Of a stretch of DNA of 64,000 nucleotides, positions 50,762-63,386 are shown piece by piece (position 1 is the stretch's first letter; the number at the start of each line of letters is the position of its first letter). Position numbers and translations under genes: made by a program. The notes below the pieces were generated by a model, which did no database searches, was not told where the DNA came from, and saw only the letters and a program-made list of their open reading frames with translations. The DNA comes from Epithemia pelagica (Eukaryota; Protista; Bacillariophyta), in contig OX337233.1 in assembly GCA_946965045.2 (NCBI GenBank), positions 1,984,001 to 2,048,000 on the forward strand, given 5' to 3'.

Positions 50762-51197
50762 TCAATGGAATGAGAGGCACTAGTATTTCCTCGGTTGTGT
50801 GGTGCTGGTGTTCTGGAACCAAGAGACGCAAATCTGGCGAGTCGTTGGACTGTGTTGTGCTTCAAGGAGCACGTCAAGGAGCACCATTACCAATCGTGAT
50901 TTCACAACCAATCGTGCCCCTCTGCCGTTGCGGCCTTGATTGTGATCGTGGTTTTGGACTTGTTGGACAACATACTGGAGTGTCAACAACTGGTTAAACG
51001 GTTCCATTGTCTCAAAACTAAAGGGCAACGGATCTGCAGGATCCTACATCCTACGTATAGCTACTACTCCTACTCGTATAACATACTCCTATTATGTGTA
51101 GAGCTATGCAACATGGGTAGATCTTCTCCCCCAAAGTTTGGCCGTTTGATCAGTCCGTCCTGCTCGGCATGTGAGGAGTGAGACGCGCAGGATCCCC

Positions 51198-51305
51198 TTG
51201 CGCGCGAGCCATGCAACACTTCTACAGTAGTATTGATTCATATACAGAAACTGAAATTCCGCGCCCAAAAGATCGTCTCTGCAGGCATGCGCGCGGCGGG
51301 CGAAA
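51198..51305. promoter_or_regulatory. Candidate E2F-like sites upstream of MCM5
   Basis: TTGCGCGC (51198), TTCCGCGC (51257-51264) and GCGGGCGAAA (51296-51305, reverse complement TTTCGCCCGC) resemble TTTSSCGC; MCM genes are classical E2F targets. Confidence 0.35.
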
Positions 51306-51529
51306 TCGCATCGATCCACACCCACCGCCATGAGCCATGAGAGGCAAAAAGTCTCGGTTCCTTCGCCCCGCTTCATCATCAGAGAGCCTATCCTCCAAGA
51401 CAACCGATTGCCGAGACAACGTTGAAGGAAAAGACAAGCCAAAAAAGCGTGTTGAAGTGGTGAGACTGTCTGTCATATAGACACCAAACGAAACCAACAG
51501 GAGCACACGAGAACGAATCGACAGTCAGT

Positions 51530-53889
51530 ATGGATTTTGATTCGACTCGATTGTATTATTCCCATCAACAATTGCAACCCGTCTCGCCGAATGACGACGA
51601 CGGCAACCACCAATCCCAAACCAACAACAATAATGATTCGGAAGATACGGCCGACATTGATTTGCCTTCGTGTCAACGTCACTTTCGAGAATTTTTGCGT
51701 ACGTTCTGGGAGTCCTCCCTGCCGAGTGATGGTTTGTGTTTTCTCATGGATTGTGCTTGTCTTGTGGTTCTTGTTATTTTCGGATTGCGTGCAGGCAATT
51801 ATCGGTTAGGTCCTCGGTACATTTATCGCGATCGATTGTTGCGGTTGCATCGTCGTCGCGGTCGTCACGGCAACACTACGAGTAGTAGTAGTAGTAGTAT
51901 GGTGGTGGATTTGAGTCACTTGGGCGATTACGACAGCGCCTTGTTGGGATTGGTCTTGCATCAACCGGCCGCCGTGTTGCCCACCTTGGAACAGGCGGCC
52001 CATCAAGCCCTGCAATCCCTCCTCTATCAGCAGCAGCAACAGCAGGAATCACAACCACAAGAAGAAGAAGATCCACAGGACCAAGCCCGTCCGGACGCAC
52101 AAGACGGTTCGATTCAACTCTTGTGGATGGGTCATTTGCGGTCCACGCCCCTTCGGCAGATTCAATCCCATCACATGGGTCGTCTCGTATCCTGTCCCGG
52201 CATTGTCGTGAGTACCAGTCCGGTCCGCAATCGCGCCGTGCGACTCTTGGTCCGATGCAGTCGTTGTCACGACGAACAAGTCGTCTCGGCCACGGCCGAT
52301 GGAGGCGGCGACTTGTATGGGTCCATGGCCTTGCCAGCCGCCTGTCGCAGTGTCACCACGGCCGCGGGAGCTACCCTGGACGGCAACACCAACAACAATA
52401 ACACTACCAACGACTGTGGTCGGTATCCCTACGCGGTCGTCCCGGACGAATCCGACTTTTGCGATCAACAAACGCTCAAATTGCAAGAAGCCCCGGAAAC
52501 GGTTCCCACGGGAGAATTGCCACGGTCCGTCTTGGTGACGGTCGATCGAGCCTTGGTCGATGTCGCGCCGCCCGGAACGCGCGTCACGGTGGTGGCCATT
52601 CCCACCTTGGCGGGTGGCGGCGGCAACAACAACAACAATAAGGGCAGCGCCGCTGCCAAATCGGTCTACTTGCGGGTGGTGGGCCTGGTCCAAGCCGAGG
52701 ACCCCACGTCCACGTCGTCGTCGCGGAGTAGTTCCGCCACCTCGTTGGCCGCCTCCTTTCCCCCCGCCCAAGAAGAAGCCTTTCGGGCCCTGAGTCAACG
52801 GGCCGACATTTACGACATTTTGACGCGGTCCATGGCGCCCAACATTTCCGGAAGTTATACGGTGGATATCAAAAAGGCCTTGGTTTGCCAATTAATGGGC
52901 GGCGTCTCCAAACACTTGCCCGACGGCGTCCGGTTGCGCGGCGACATTAATGTCTTGTTGCTGGGCGATCCCAGTATGGCCAAGTCCCAATTTTTGAAAT
53001 TTGTCAGCAAGGTGGCCCCCGTGGGCATTTACACGTCCGGCAAGGGTTCGTCGGCTGCCGGATTGACGGCCAGTGTCGTGCGGGATTCCAAGGGAGAATT
53101 CTATTTGGAAGGCGGCGCCCTCGTCTTGGCCGATGGCGGTGTCGTGTGCGTCGACGAATTTGACAAGATGCGACCCAACGATCGAGTTGCCATTCACGAA
53201 GCCATGGAACAACAAACCATTAGTGTCGCCAAGGCGGGCATTACCACCGTCTTGCACAGTCGCGCCAGTGTCTTGGCGGCCGCCAATCCCGTCTTTGGAC
53301 GGTACGATGACCTCAAGGCGGCCCATGAAAACATTGACCTCATGACCACCATTTTGTCACGATTCGATGTCATTTTTCTCGTCCGAGATGTCCGCGATGA
53401 AGAACGGGACAAGGCCATTTGTCAACATGTCATGGGCGTGCACATGGACGCGGCCAGTGACACTGCCATGGGACGAGGAGGAGGAGGACGCTCGGCGCTC
53501 GGCAATGGAACCGCCGCCACTGGCAATGCTGGCCCACCCAATGTCTTTGCGCATAATCTGACGGCACCCAATGATCCAACGGGAAGGTACGTACGGTAGA
53601 CTCCTTCTCTTGTGATGTGCTTGCAACACGTCTTGTCCTGGTGTGTGTGTGTGCTGGTTCTCAACATTGATTGTCTTTTTTTCTGTATGATCAGCTCCTT
53701 GACATCGGCCACTCCGGAAGCCATTGCCGAAAATGCCATGCATGTGGCGGTCACGGGACAAGGCGAATTGGATGTGGCGACCCTCAAAAAGTACATTCAA
53801 TATTGCAAGTTGCGATGTCGTCCGCAATTGACGGCCGACGCCGGTCAGGTGTTGGAAAGTCACTATGTGCAAATTCGCAATCAAGTGCG

Positions 53890-53924
<35 letters not shown>

Positions 53925-54406
53925 CCTCGGAATCCACAAGCACGGGGGGCAAACGGTCTTGGGATGCCGCCACGTCCTCCTCCGCGCAGTCCACCATTCC
54001 CATTACCGTTCGACAATTGGAAGCCTTGGTTCGATTGTCGGAATCCTTGGCCCGTATGCGCTTGGACGATGAAGTTCGACGGGAAGATGTCATGGAAGCC
54101 TTGCGTCTGTTTCGGGTCAGTACCTTGGCCGCGCAGGCCACGGATCAATCTCGATCGTCGTCGTCCTCGGGCACAAGTATGGGCACTGCGGCGGCTCCCA
54201 TGGACCGATTGGAATTGGATCGGACCGAATCCTTTTTGCAAAGTCGCTTGACTGTGGGTCAGACGGTCAACAAACAACGCTTGTTGGAAGAAGCGTCCGC
54301 CCAAGGATTTCATGCCCTCGTCGTGGCTCGGGCCTTGCACATTTGGACGCAACGGGGTCATGTATTGGAACGACATCAAGGCAAACTCTTGAAACGAGTC
54401 AAGTAA
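51530..54406 (+). CDS. MCM5: DNA replication licensing factor MCM5; exons 51530-51698, 51795-53586, 53695-54406
   Basis: GDINVLLLGDPSMAKSQFLKF, IYTSGKGSSAAGLTAS, DEFDKM, HEAMEQQTIS, SRFD, ITVRQLEALVRLSESLA; Zn finger CSRC...C...C. Confidence 0.93.
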
Positions 54407-54659
54407 TCGAATCGAGTAAAGACGGTGTTTGGATAATTCAATAATAAGACAGAGAACTAGGGTCAAAAGGGAACAGTTTTCATTTAATTCACCTCTACTT
54501 GAGAGACAAACAAGTCGTTGTCATTAGCAGGCATTCTTCGCTCCTCCAACCCTATTAGCTCACACATGCACATATTCATTGAAATCGATACTCAACAAGT
54601 GATCCTTATAGTCCACCTTGTGTCTTTCATGTGTTCCTTCGACAACTTGTCTTGATTCT

Positions 54660-54776
54660 TGATAGTTTGCTATTCGTTTATAGTATCCTAGGCGGCATCG
54701 GCATCGGCATCGGCAGTGGTACGTGATAGTTTGCTATATTCGTTTATAGTATACTAGGCGGCATCGGCAGTGGTAC
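54660..54776. repeat. Tandem duplication of the stop-codon region of the thioesterase gene
   Basis: Two copies of GATAGTTTGCTAT(AT)TCGTTTATAGTAT(C/A)CTAGGCGGCATCGGCA...GTGGTAC (54660-54722, 54723-54776) with differing GGCATC counts. Confidence 0.85.
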
Positions 54777-55368
54777 CTGTATGGTTGTGGTTCGCGGAAG
54801 ACGAACTGCTTGTTGCTGTTGTCGTCGTCGTTGTTGCAGTAGAAGTAGGGGTTGTCTGTTGTTTGCGTTGTTTGGGGACCCATGCCCACAACAGTTCGGC
54901 TTGAATGGGTTCTTGTCCTGATTCATCGTGTACGTGAACCGGTATAAGGACATTGCCCTTGTCTTGGGACCAAATCCGTTCTTGATCGGCTGGCTGGATC
55001 CAGGCATGGGCCGTGACGTTGCCTTGACACCGTCGCACAAAGTTGATCTTCATTTGTTGCAACAAGGGAATTTTGGAATCGGGGACATTCATTCCCACCA
55101 CCATGCCGGTGGCACTTTCGGCTGCCAAGGCCATGCTACAAGCATGCAACCCACCAATGTGATTTTGAATGTTTCGACGATTGGCCAAGGTCACGTGTGA
55201 TTCGCAATGGGACAATTGATCGACCCGCAATCCGGCCGTCCCCGCCAACCGAACTTGGTAATTAAACAAACACGTATATCCCCAGGCATGCCAGGTCGTT
55301 GGTAAGTATTTTTCCACCATTTGGACGGCCTTGGCCATGCGATTCAGTTTGGTGATGGGCGATGACAT
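54754..55368 (-). CDS. Hotdog-fold thioesterase-like protein (DUF4442/YiiD-C-like)
   Basis: NHIGGLHACSMALAAESATGMVVG...MKINFVRRCQGNVTAHA; probable start at 55368 (ORF open from 55446). Confidence 0.75.
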   Translation of the reverse strand: MSSPITKLNRMAKAVQMVEKYLPTTWHAWGYTCLFNYQVRLAGTAGLRVDQLSHCESHVTLANRRNIQNHIGGLHACSMALAAESATGMVVGMNVPDSKIPLLQQMKINFVRRCQGNVTAHAWIQPADQERIWSQDKGNVLIPVHVHDESGQEPIQAELLWAWVPKQRKQQTTPTSTATTTTTTATSSSSSANHNHTGTTADAA

Positions 55369-56045
55369 GGCTACTTGGGAGAGGAAGGATGAAGGATCCA
55401 AAGTGATGAACAGTGAGAAGAGGGCGTTATGATTCGGCTGTTGCAAAACCTTTTTCGACTCGTCGAATGTCGAATATTGTTCCTGTGAGATTTGTTCAAC
55501 AAGGAATAGGGAATACTAGCAATGCATATAGGCCTTTATTCATCAAACGGAATGGTTTGTGATGATGGGGGGTGACCATAGTCGCTGACACCTCCGTTCA
55601 TGACGGCGTGTCGTCTGAAATCTTTTTCATTTTGGAGTTCGCAATCCACTCCATTCAGGTTCCTAGAAGGAGCCCCATCGCGTATCCATCGGTCGCGGCG
55701 TTCCCACCTCCACTCTGCATTACATTCATTGGTCTATGCCAATCTGGTTACCACACCATCAGCATCATAGCATACCTCCTCCTTCTCCTACATCCACGAC
55801 GATAAATCATGTCGAACAAGAATTCTCTTGGAGTGGTCCCAACTGCCAAATTCTCCGCCATTGTGATTCAATCCTCCAAAGATGCCGCCGGTGAGTGAGA
55901 ATGAATGGCAGCAACCCACCCTCCCATATGCTTGAAGCACTTCTTGATGTCTCACTTGTTTGTTGTTGCGGTGTGATTTTCGACTGCTCTGTTCTTTCAT
56001 GACAATCAATGCCTCACGTTTCCTCTGGCAACAACAGCTCCCTCA

Positions 56046-56369
56046 ATGACATCAACCACAACAACAACAGCCTCTTTGTCCTCCAAGGAATTGGACGCTC
56101 GTATAACAGCATTGGAACAGGGTCGTCACTATGATGCAACGCAAACGGCGGTCCAACAAGTCCAATGGGAGTGCTTGCAAACCTTGAGACGAGTTCGCCA
56201 AGAACTTGCCGCCGAAAGTGGATCATCCACAACAGTGTCCAATCCACAAGTGGAAACTCAATTGCAACAAGACAATCAACAATTAACAGCCAAGGTCGCC
56301 AAATTGGAATATCGAATCAGTCACATGCTCACTTCTCTGGAACGCTTGTACGAGGCCAATCAAAAGTAA
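56046..56369 (+). CDS. Small coiled-coil hypothetical protein
   Basis: 107-aa ATG ORF with heptads (LQQDNQQLTAKVAKLEYRISHMLTSL). Confidence 0.6.
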   Translation: MTSTTTTTASLSSKELDARITALEQGRHYDATQTAVQQVQWECLQTLRRVRQELAAESGSSTTVSNPQVETQLQQDNQQLTAKVAKLEYRISHMLTSLERLYEANQK

Positions 56370-56727
56370 TAACTTCCATGCGATTCAGGGTGTACGGGTC
56401 TCTTCTCCCAATGGTCGATATCAATGGTTGCAATCCAACATACAGTAGGCCAGTTGCAGATGCAACTGATTCGAGATTGAACGGCTGTTTCTAACTCCTA
56501 GAAAATAACGAGGGTTTATAGTTCGGTATTAGAATGAAACCAGAAAATGTTCATGCTACCACGTTGAGCTCGACAAGCGCGAGCGGGTCTTCACTCGAAG
56601 AAAAAGCAACGTCTCTTGGTTGACGGCTGTCATCAACAAAAGGTCCATGAGACAACGATCCAAGAGCATTCATTTCACTTCTAACCTGATGATTTCGGAC
56701 GCAAACAAAGCAACAAAAGTACGTTCT

Positions 56728-57585
56728 TTACAATTGCTTTTGTTGCAATGCCAATAATTGTTGCACGATGGGCAACAGGTTTTGAATCGAGGCTTGCAAG
56801 GTAGACAAGGCCAAGGTTTGCGTGTCGACAATCTGATCCGAAGTGGTGGCGCTGCTCATGAAAATTGGCGAAACCGGCGTTGCCAAGGGAACACCGCTGG
56901 ATGAATAGGGAGTGGATCCTTGTTGATAAATCAGGGACAACATGCGCTGCGTACGATCGACGTGATGCTTCAAGGGCAATTCCAATGCAGACGACATTTG
57001 AAGACGATCGTGCGAAACACTGTCCATGTCACCCGCTGCTAGTTTCCCACGATTCCATACAAATGGTGCGGATGATGGACCCGCATTAAAAGATTTCGAT
57101 GGCCCACTTCTGGAAATGGCTTCTTTCTCATTTTCGAGTGGCGCGGTTGAGGCCTTGGTGTTATCTTCATTTTTGCCCTTGCTGCCACTAATCTCGGTCA
57201 AAATATCCACAAGTTTCTCCATTTCCTGTCGATGTTCTTGTACCATCGACAATGCGTCCAAGAGTTGGTCCATTTCCTTATGAATCACATCGGATTGTTG
57301 TTGCCAAGGTGACAACAGTGTAGATTCTGGATAAAATTTATAGGACGTCGAATTGTGACTGGAAACGGCATTTTGTACGGCCGTCAATGAGTTGCAATAA
57401 TTCAAGGTCACATCATATTGTTGCTCCAACAACCCAAGCAAGGTTTGCAAAATCTTTTGGGTATTCCATTCCAAAGACGGACTTTCCTCTTTTAGACCTC
57501 TTGCTGTACCTGTGGTATGGTTGTTGTTGTTATTGTTGTCAACTATGTCGTCTTGTTGGTGTTGGTTCATATGTTGCGTGTTCAT
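56728..57585 (-). CDS. Hypothetical helical/coiled-coil protein
   Basis: 285-aa ATG ORF, Q/N-rich, amphipathic helices; no family recognised. Confidence 0.55.
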   Translation of the reverse strand: MNTQHMNQHQQDDIVDNNNNNNHTTGTARGLKEESPSLEWNTQKILQTLLGLLEQQYDVTLNYCNSLTAVQNAVSSHNSTSYKFYPESTLLSPWQQQSDVIHKEMDQLLDALSMVQEHRQEMEKLVDILTEISGSKGKNEDNTKASTAPLENEKEAISRSGPSKSFNAGPSSAPFVWNRGKLAAGDMDSVSHDRLQMSSALELPLKHHVDRTQRMLSLIYQQGSTPYSSSGVPLATPVSPIFMSSATTSDQIVDTQTLALSTLQASIQNLLPIVQQLLALQQKQL

Positions 57586-58082
57586 GGACCCTCCTTAGAC
57601 AAGTAGGAGTAGCAACCATCCAAGGTCCAATGTCAAGGTACCGCCAAGACCATGGTGTTTATGATCCATAATGTTGTCGTTGGATCTTTGGTTGGGCGAG
57701 ACGTGGGCACCTCGATGGCACGCCTGGCCCACCTCTTCTGTATCTAAGCCCTTTGGTCTTTACGGAAGGAAAAAGCATCGGACGCGCTCAAGAGTACCAA
57801 TGTGGATTCATTGGGAAAGGCAAATGTCAGATACGCTCCAGCGCTCTATGGCACGCATGCCGAATTCCTTCGACACCACGGCGTGTACGACTAGCGAGAG
57901 AGAGAACGAGACGCGCAAGAGCCAAAACTTTCCTCCAGAATGGCGATTTTCCCTCGACGCCATAAGAACCACTCTCCTTCTCGACGGAATCACCCAGACT
58001 CGTCATCAAGGTCCTACCTATTCCTCCAGGCAGTAGAGACGCGTGCAACAACAAGAGAGTAAAAAGTGCTTTTGGTTGAAGA

Positions 58083-59439
58083 ATGGATATCGAATCGGGT
58101 GTGAATTCTAACCATCACAATCAACACCATCATCATCTCAAGAATCACCTTGCGAGCAACAATCACCGTGCGGATGACACGTGTAGAAAGGAAAACCATG
58201 GATCAACATCCTCCATGGCGGCTGCCGCAACAGCAGCCTCGTCCTACCTACTCTCCTTTTCCTTGTCGTCGTCATCTTCATCGCATAACTCTACGAAAGT
58301 GGTAACACAAACAAGTTCAACTTTAACTGCCACCTGTGGTCCACAGACTTCTACTACGAATGCTCCACGAGGTGACAATGCTGTGTCGTCATCTTCGACT
58401 TCGACTATGCATCGGGTGCATAGGCCCACGACTACTACAACAACGACCAATGCCACCCCTGTAGAAGACACAGTGATCTCATCCTCATCTCCTCCCAGAC
58501 CGAGTGGTGGACACAAACGGACTTCTTCTTCAACAGCTGCCACGGCAACCATTCTCCCGGAAGCCCCAGGAAGTTGCTCCAAGGATCCCAAAACGCATGG
58601 AACCAATGCTACGACTTCTTGTACAGCAGCCACCACCAGCGCCGCCCCAAATAATAACAACAGCAAGCCAGAACGAGCCCCCGTGAGCAGCGGAATGCGA
58701 TTGCCCCTGACGCACATTGTCGCCAATCTCAACAATAAGGCGCATCAGCAACAAACCAAAACCTTGGAACCCCAATTGGTTCATCCGTAAGTAACCTGAA
58801 TCCCACGCTAACGGACACATTGCTACGGGGTAGCGACACACTGGACGTTCTCTGACGCACCTTCTTGTCGTGTGGAACCTTGCCTTGCCCATGGACTCTT
58901 GTGTGCTGGTTTGTTGTCATGCTTCAATCAACAATAGAATCTTGTCAAACATCCCCATTCAATTTCGTTTTGGTTTTACGGGTTTGTTGAGTAACGTTTT
59001 GTTTATGGGAGTATACAATTGGTCTGTGGAACAATTGTCGCATGTGGTGCCCGCCTCGGCCATTTACGGCATTTTGTATTTTGTCTTTATCCCAGCCTCG
59101 CATTTTCTGTTATCTCTCTTTGTCTTTGGATGGCCGGAACGGTATATAAAATCTCTGGCCAGCAACTTTCCCATTGGTTTGACCGCCTTGGCCATTGGCT
59201 GTTTGTTGACGGCCTACTTGGATGAGGCTGGCTTTAATGATTGGGTGACAGATTACATTCGCGATTTCTTTACCTTTTCCACCATGCCCGCTCGACGAGA
59301 AGAAGGACAACCCATTCCCACCAATACAGCTGGAGAATGGTATTCGTCCATGGTCGTCTTGGCCGTGACCAGTCTTTGGACCTATGTGCTGTCGGTCTAT
59401 GTCAATGGACCACCAACCAAGGCACAAAAGAAGGACTAA
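58083..59439 (+). CDS. Membrane protein with disordered N-terminus and GtrA-like 4-TM C-terminal domain; exons 58083-58786, 58938-59439
   Basis: GTAAGT donor at 58787 and AG acceptor at 58936-58937 join the frames; FRFGFTGLLSNVLF followed by four hydrophobic helices. Confidence 0.65.
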
Positions 59440-60159
59440 CTACACAACTGTTACGATTATATCGGAAAGGAACAACACGTGTTCCCAAAACGTGGATATG
59501 AAAGGTTAACATTCAAAGATCACGGGAACCAGAACATTACGCAAAGAACGGCAAGGACCAGAAGAATATGCCTTGAACCCACGTCGCCGTCATCATCATT
59601 GGTGTCGAGGCAGTCAAAATGATACAGACCGTCTGCTTTTACAAGCTGCGGTGCTTCATATGTTCCTTGCAACACGAAAGTCTTGACGAGGACGGCGTTG
59701 TAAAGCAATTTCAGTAGAAGGAAAAATTGGCCAGAGCAATGAGCGATCCTTCGCAGTAGGATGATGGGAACCGACAGAATGCGAAGTCAAGATCTAATAT
59801 CGTCTAAGGGTCCTGGATGTCCACGTTCACTATCCCCGCAGTGACATACATTGCGATTTAACGGGCTCACACCTACTCATATGAACAGGCAACGGTGCGC
59901 ATTGACATCGTCTTCCTGTTGGGTTTGGTTCGCCAAGACAAATCAGTTCACTTTGAGCTCTCGTTTGTGCGAAATGCATTCGCATAAGTATCATGAAAAG
60001 AACAATTTATGGCGAAGAAGGATCCCGGCAACAGTTTCTCTATAGTGACCATTTAAGTATTCATTGGACTGTTTCGTAACATGTCGTGGGTTGATGCCAA
60101 GTGTTACCAGCAGTAGCGAGTGTCAAGAAACATGCACAATTGTTTGATCGCCAAGAGAT

Positions 60160-60567
60160 CTATACCAAGAATCCCAAAATATCTCCATTGACCTTGGCTT
60201 TCTTGATGACCTTGGTTCGCAGATGGTAGGCACCAAAGAATTCACAAAATTGGGTGATCTTTTCCGAGTGCAAGGAAATGGCCTTGCCGCGAATCTTGTT
60301 GAGCTTGTCCTTTCCCAAAACAATTTTGGCTGCATATACGGCCGGGGAAAAGACACCGAACTTGGCTTGCGAACCCATGGTCATGCCCGAACGGCGTTGC
60401 GTTTGTGCTTGTGGTGCGGCAATGGTGGAGGCCCGAGCGGCGACCCTGGCGCGTTGAGACACGACGAAAGACGATCCACCAGTGGCGGCCCCATTCAGAA
60501 CATAGGCTTGTCCGGCAAAGACATTTAGCAAAGCAAACAGTGTGGAAAAGATAACAGAAAGCTTCAT
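60160..60567 (-). CDS. PGR5: Proton gradient regulation 5 (plastid-targeted)
   Basis: FSPAVYAAKIVLG...NKIRGKAISLHSEKITQFC...IKKAKVNGDILGFL; signal peptide plus transit-like region. Confidence 0.92.
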   Translation of the reverse strand: MKLSVIFSTLFALLNVFAGQAYVLNGAATGGSSFVVSQRARVAARASTIAAPQAQTQRRSGMTMGSQAKFGVFSPAVYAAKIVLGKDKLNKIRGKAISLHSEKITQFCEFFGAYHLRTKVIKKAKVNGDILGFLV

Positions 60568-60876
60568 GATGGTATTGCTCTAAGTTTCGAACAGGATATA
60601 ATGGATAGTGGAGAAGTCTCTGCTGTTTTGTTTGCGTTGGTTGCAAAATCCATGTCACTCGGTGCAGTCGCATTTTCCCCACAAAACACGTCACTTGCGA
60701 ATAAACCTCATCGGTAGAAGAGAGTATAGAAAAATGGTGTCATAATATATAAAGCTAATCTCAGAAATGTATCTTCTAGGGTGTAATATGAATCGTGAGT
60801 CTGCCAAAATGTGTTGTCCACGCGCCGTTACTGTATGACGTCACCTTATCATTTTCTTCTAGCAAACGAGTTGACC

Positions 60877-61326
60877 ATGAAGATTGAATCTGCCGCCGTA
60901 CTTCTTGCATTGACCGCCCATGGGGTGGAATCCTTCACGCCTACTGTGAATCAAAAGCATCAGAGTAGCTCGTCGACTCAATTGGATTTTGGCATTCCCA
61001 AGTTTTTGACTCCTCAAAGTGACGAAGACAAACCTGTGGACAAGACCAACCAAAAGGATGACAGCAAATCCAAGATTGGTCTCTCGGGAGTGTTGCAGCT
61101 AATCACGGCTGGTGCTGGAGCTCCATTTTTGGGTGACTTTGAAGGAGTCGACGAGGAATCGGGAAAGTTCATGTTCAGTTTGGAAGCCAACAACTTGGTC
61201 GATGACAACGGACAATCGAAACAAACACAAATGCCCTACTTTGAAAGTGGCTGGGTGGACCCAGAGGAACAAGCCAAAGCCGATGCACGCAAGGGACAAG
61301 GATTCAAGTTTCCGTGGGACAAGTAA
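60877..61326 (+). CDS. Small putative plastid-targeted protein of unknown function
   Basis: Signal peptide ending VES|FTP (ASAFAP-like) and a compact C-terminal domain GAPFLGDF...FSLEANNLVD...MPYFESGWVD. Confidence 0.7.
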   Translation: MKIESAAVLLALTAHGVESFTPTVNQKHQSSSSTQLDFGIPKFLTPQSDEDKPVDKTNQKDDSKSKIGLSGVLQLITAGAGAPFLGDFEGVDEESGKFMFSLEANNLVDDNGQSKQTQMPYFESGWVDPEEQAKADARKGQGFKFPWDK

Positions 61327-62386
61327 AGCTGTTGAGAATTATTCGACCGCCTGTCCAACTATTTTCTCTCTTCTCTTGCTGGGCAACGGGTGAACGGGCT
61401 TGTAGGGTCAATCTGCCTTTCAAGGGTCCTACCTACCAACCTTTCTCATTCAATTCACCGCACATCATCATGGCGAGATGGACGCGAGTTAAAGTACCTT
61501 GTCTCTTTTCTCGATTTCGGACTCATTCTTACTTGTATAACCACCACATACATGAGATCTACTTACAATGTTCAATCTGATTAGGACTTTTTTTATTGTC
61601 TTCTTTGAACTCCTGCCGTTGAAGTGACATCGCATGTAACAGAAGCAGCAACAAAAACCAACTACTCCCTCCTGAAAGAAAATACTTCACGATTTTACCA
61701 AAAAAGCGATATTTTAACGAGCGAACGTCCTTTTTCCATAAAATTTTTTTTGTTAGAGAGCCCTACTTATTAGCTCTATATTGGTGTATTATTTATATGT
61801 TCGATTCTTGCTTTGGAACGAGATACGATTGTTCAAAAGGCGTGATTTTGAGCAACGGCACCTTTGGCCATGGTTCTGCTCACTCGTCGCACACAAAAGT
61901 TGTACTTTTCCTATAATAGTGTAGACTCGCGCATGTCAACCAATATGTTCCCCCATATTATTCTAAAATTTTTATACTCCGAATGAGCCGGCCGTCCTCC
62001 TGTAGAGTTGTACCAGATCCTACGTAATCTTTTTATGCGACTAAAATAACCAAAAAAAAAACGTGAAGTATTTTCTTTCAGGAGGGAGTACTCCTAGTGC
62101 CTTACCTCCGGGTGTGCCCATTACGTGCGAAAATGTCCCGTTGGGCACAACATTTTAGGTAGATAGAACTCGATCAATATTAGCCCTACGACAATGATCT
62201 GATGCATCTTACCAATCTTTAAGGCATCCTCTGTCACCATTTGATGCCCCATTTGGCCTACATAGGACATATGGGGGTCATAGGAGCGCCTCTACTAGAA
62301 GCTTGTGGTGTGTGCAACGTGTGTGGGCACATTATGGGCACATTATAGAAACTCATGTAAAGCTCGGCTTTTAGACTTACTACGTC

Positions 62387-63001
62387 CTAGTATTCAAACT
62401 TGTAGGCAACACTTGGCTCCTGAGTCTCAGAGAACTCAAAGGACAGGTTGCTATCGACACCAATTGACGAATTGCGCTTTCCAAATTTGCTGGACAAGTT
62501 TTCATTGGATGAATCATTTTCATTATTGTCGTCATCAAAGTTGCTTGGCATTTCCACGGACTTCCTTACAGTATCGGAACATTGCTGATTGTTGCATGAT
62601 GTCTCAATGTTCTTGAAGCGCATCGTCATCATCAAGTCAAAGCAAGGGGGGGACGGAGATGAGGACAACTTCTTCTCGGGTGCTGGATACAAAACAGCAA
62701 CATGATTCTTTTGGGGGACAATCTTGGCATGCACCGTCTTGGCTTCCATATCCTTGAAATCTGAAACGTCCATCGCCACCTTCTCCTTTGCCTTCATGTT
62801 CTTTTTCTTGGTTGCCACTGCCTTCTTAGTTTTCGTCGTCTTTTTGCGATGCGACAACCGGGACGCGGGTTGGTTGGAAACGGAAACAGAAGGAGCAAGA
62901 ATGGAGCTTGTGCACTGCGAAGCTGCATCAGCTCCTGAGGCTGCTTTGATGCGCGCTTGATAGCGCAAACTTGTACGACGGCCGTTGATAGTTGTCGACA
63001 T
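62387..63001 (-). CDS. Hypothetical Lys/Ser-rich protein
   Basis: 204-aa ATG ORF; no domain recognised. Confidence 0.35.
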   Translation of the reverse strand: MSTTINGRRTSLRYQARIKAASGADAASQCTSSILAPSVSVSNQPASRLSHRKKTTKTKKAVATKKKNMKAKEKVAMDVSDFKDMEAKTVHAKIVPQKNHVAVLYPAPEKKLSSSPSPPCFDLMMTMRFKNIETSCNNQQCSDTVRKSVEMPSNFDDDNNENDSSNENLSSKFGKRNSSIGVDSNLSFEFSETQEPSVAYKFEY

Positions 63002-63386
63002 GGTGGTATTCTCTTTCGCGGTGGTGTAACAGGAGATCCACGGAAAATATGAGGCAGATGTGGGTCGTGTCGGTTGGAATAGGTTCCGAACGGACCAAAT
63101 GTCACGCCAGCCAACAAATTTTCCTTAATTAAGAAGTGCGCCATGAGGCGCGATGCCCGCACTCACAAATCTCAAAACGAACACACATACTAGAACTAAA
63201 GCAAACAAGAACAACAAGTTCTGGAGTAGTGCTGCACCCATCGACCGCCCCACGTCCCGTCGTGGGTGCCGTACAGGCCAAGAGGACTTTGGCCCATCCT
63301 GGCCACAAACCTTTGGGTGTGGCCGCGGACGAATAGTAACTGGTTCCCACCAAGGTGGATTCTTCTTCTTCGCCTTCATTGCGAAT

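Noticed and set aside
59520-59760. Possible small gene between the GtrA-like gene and PGR5
   Set aside because: No ATG or convincing splice acceptor, and no recognisable motif.
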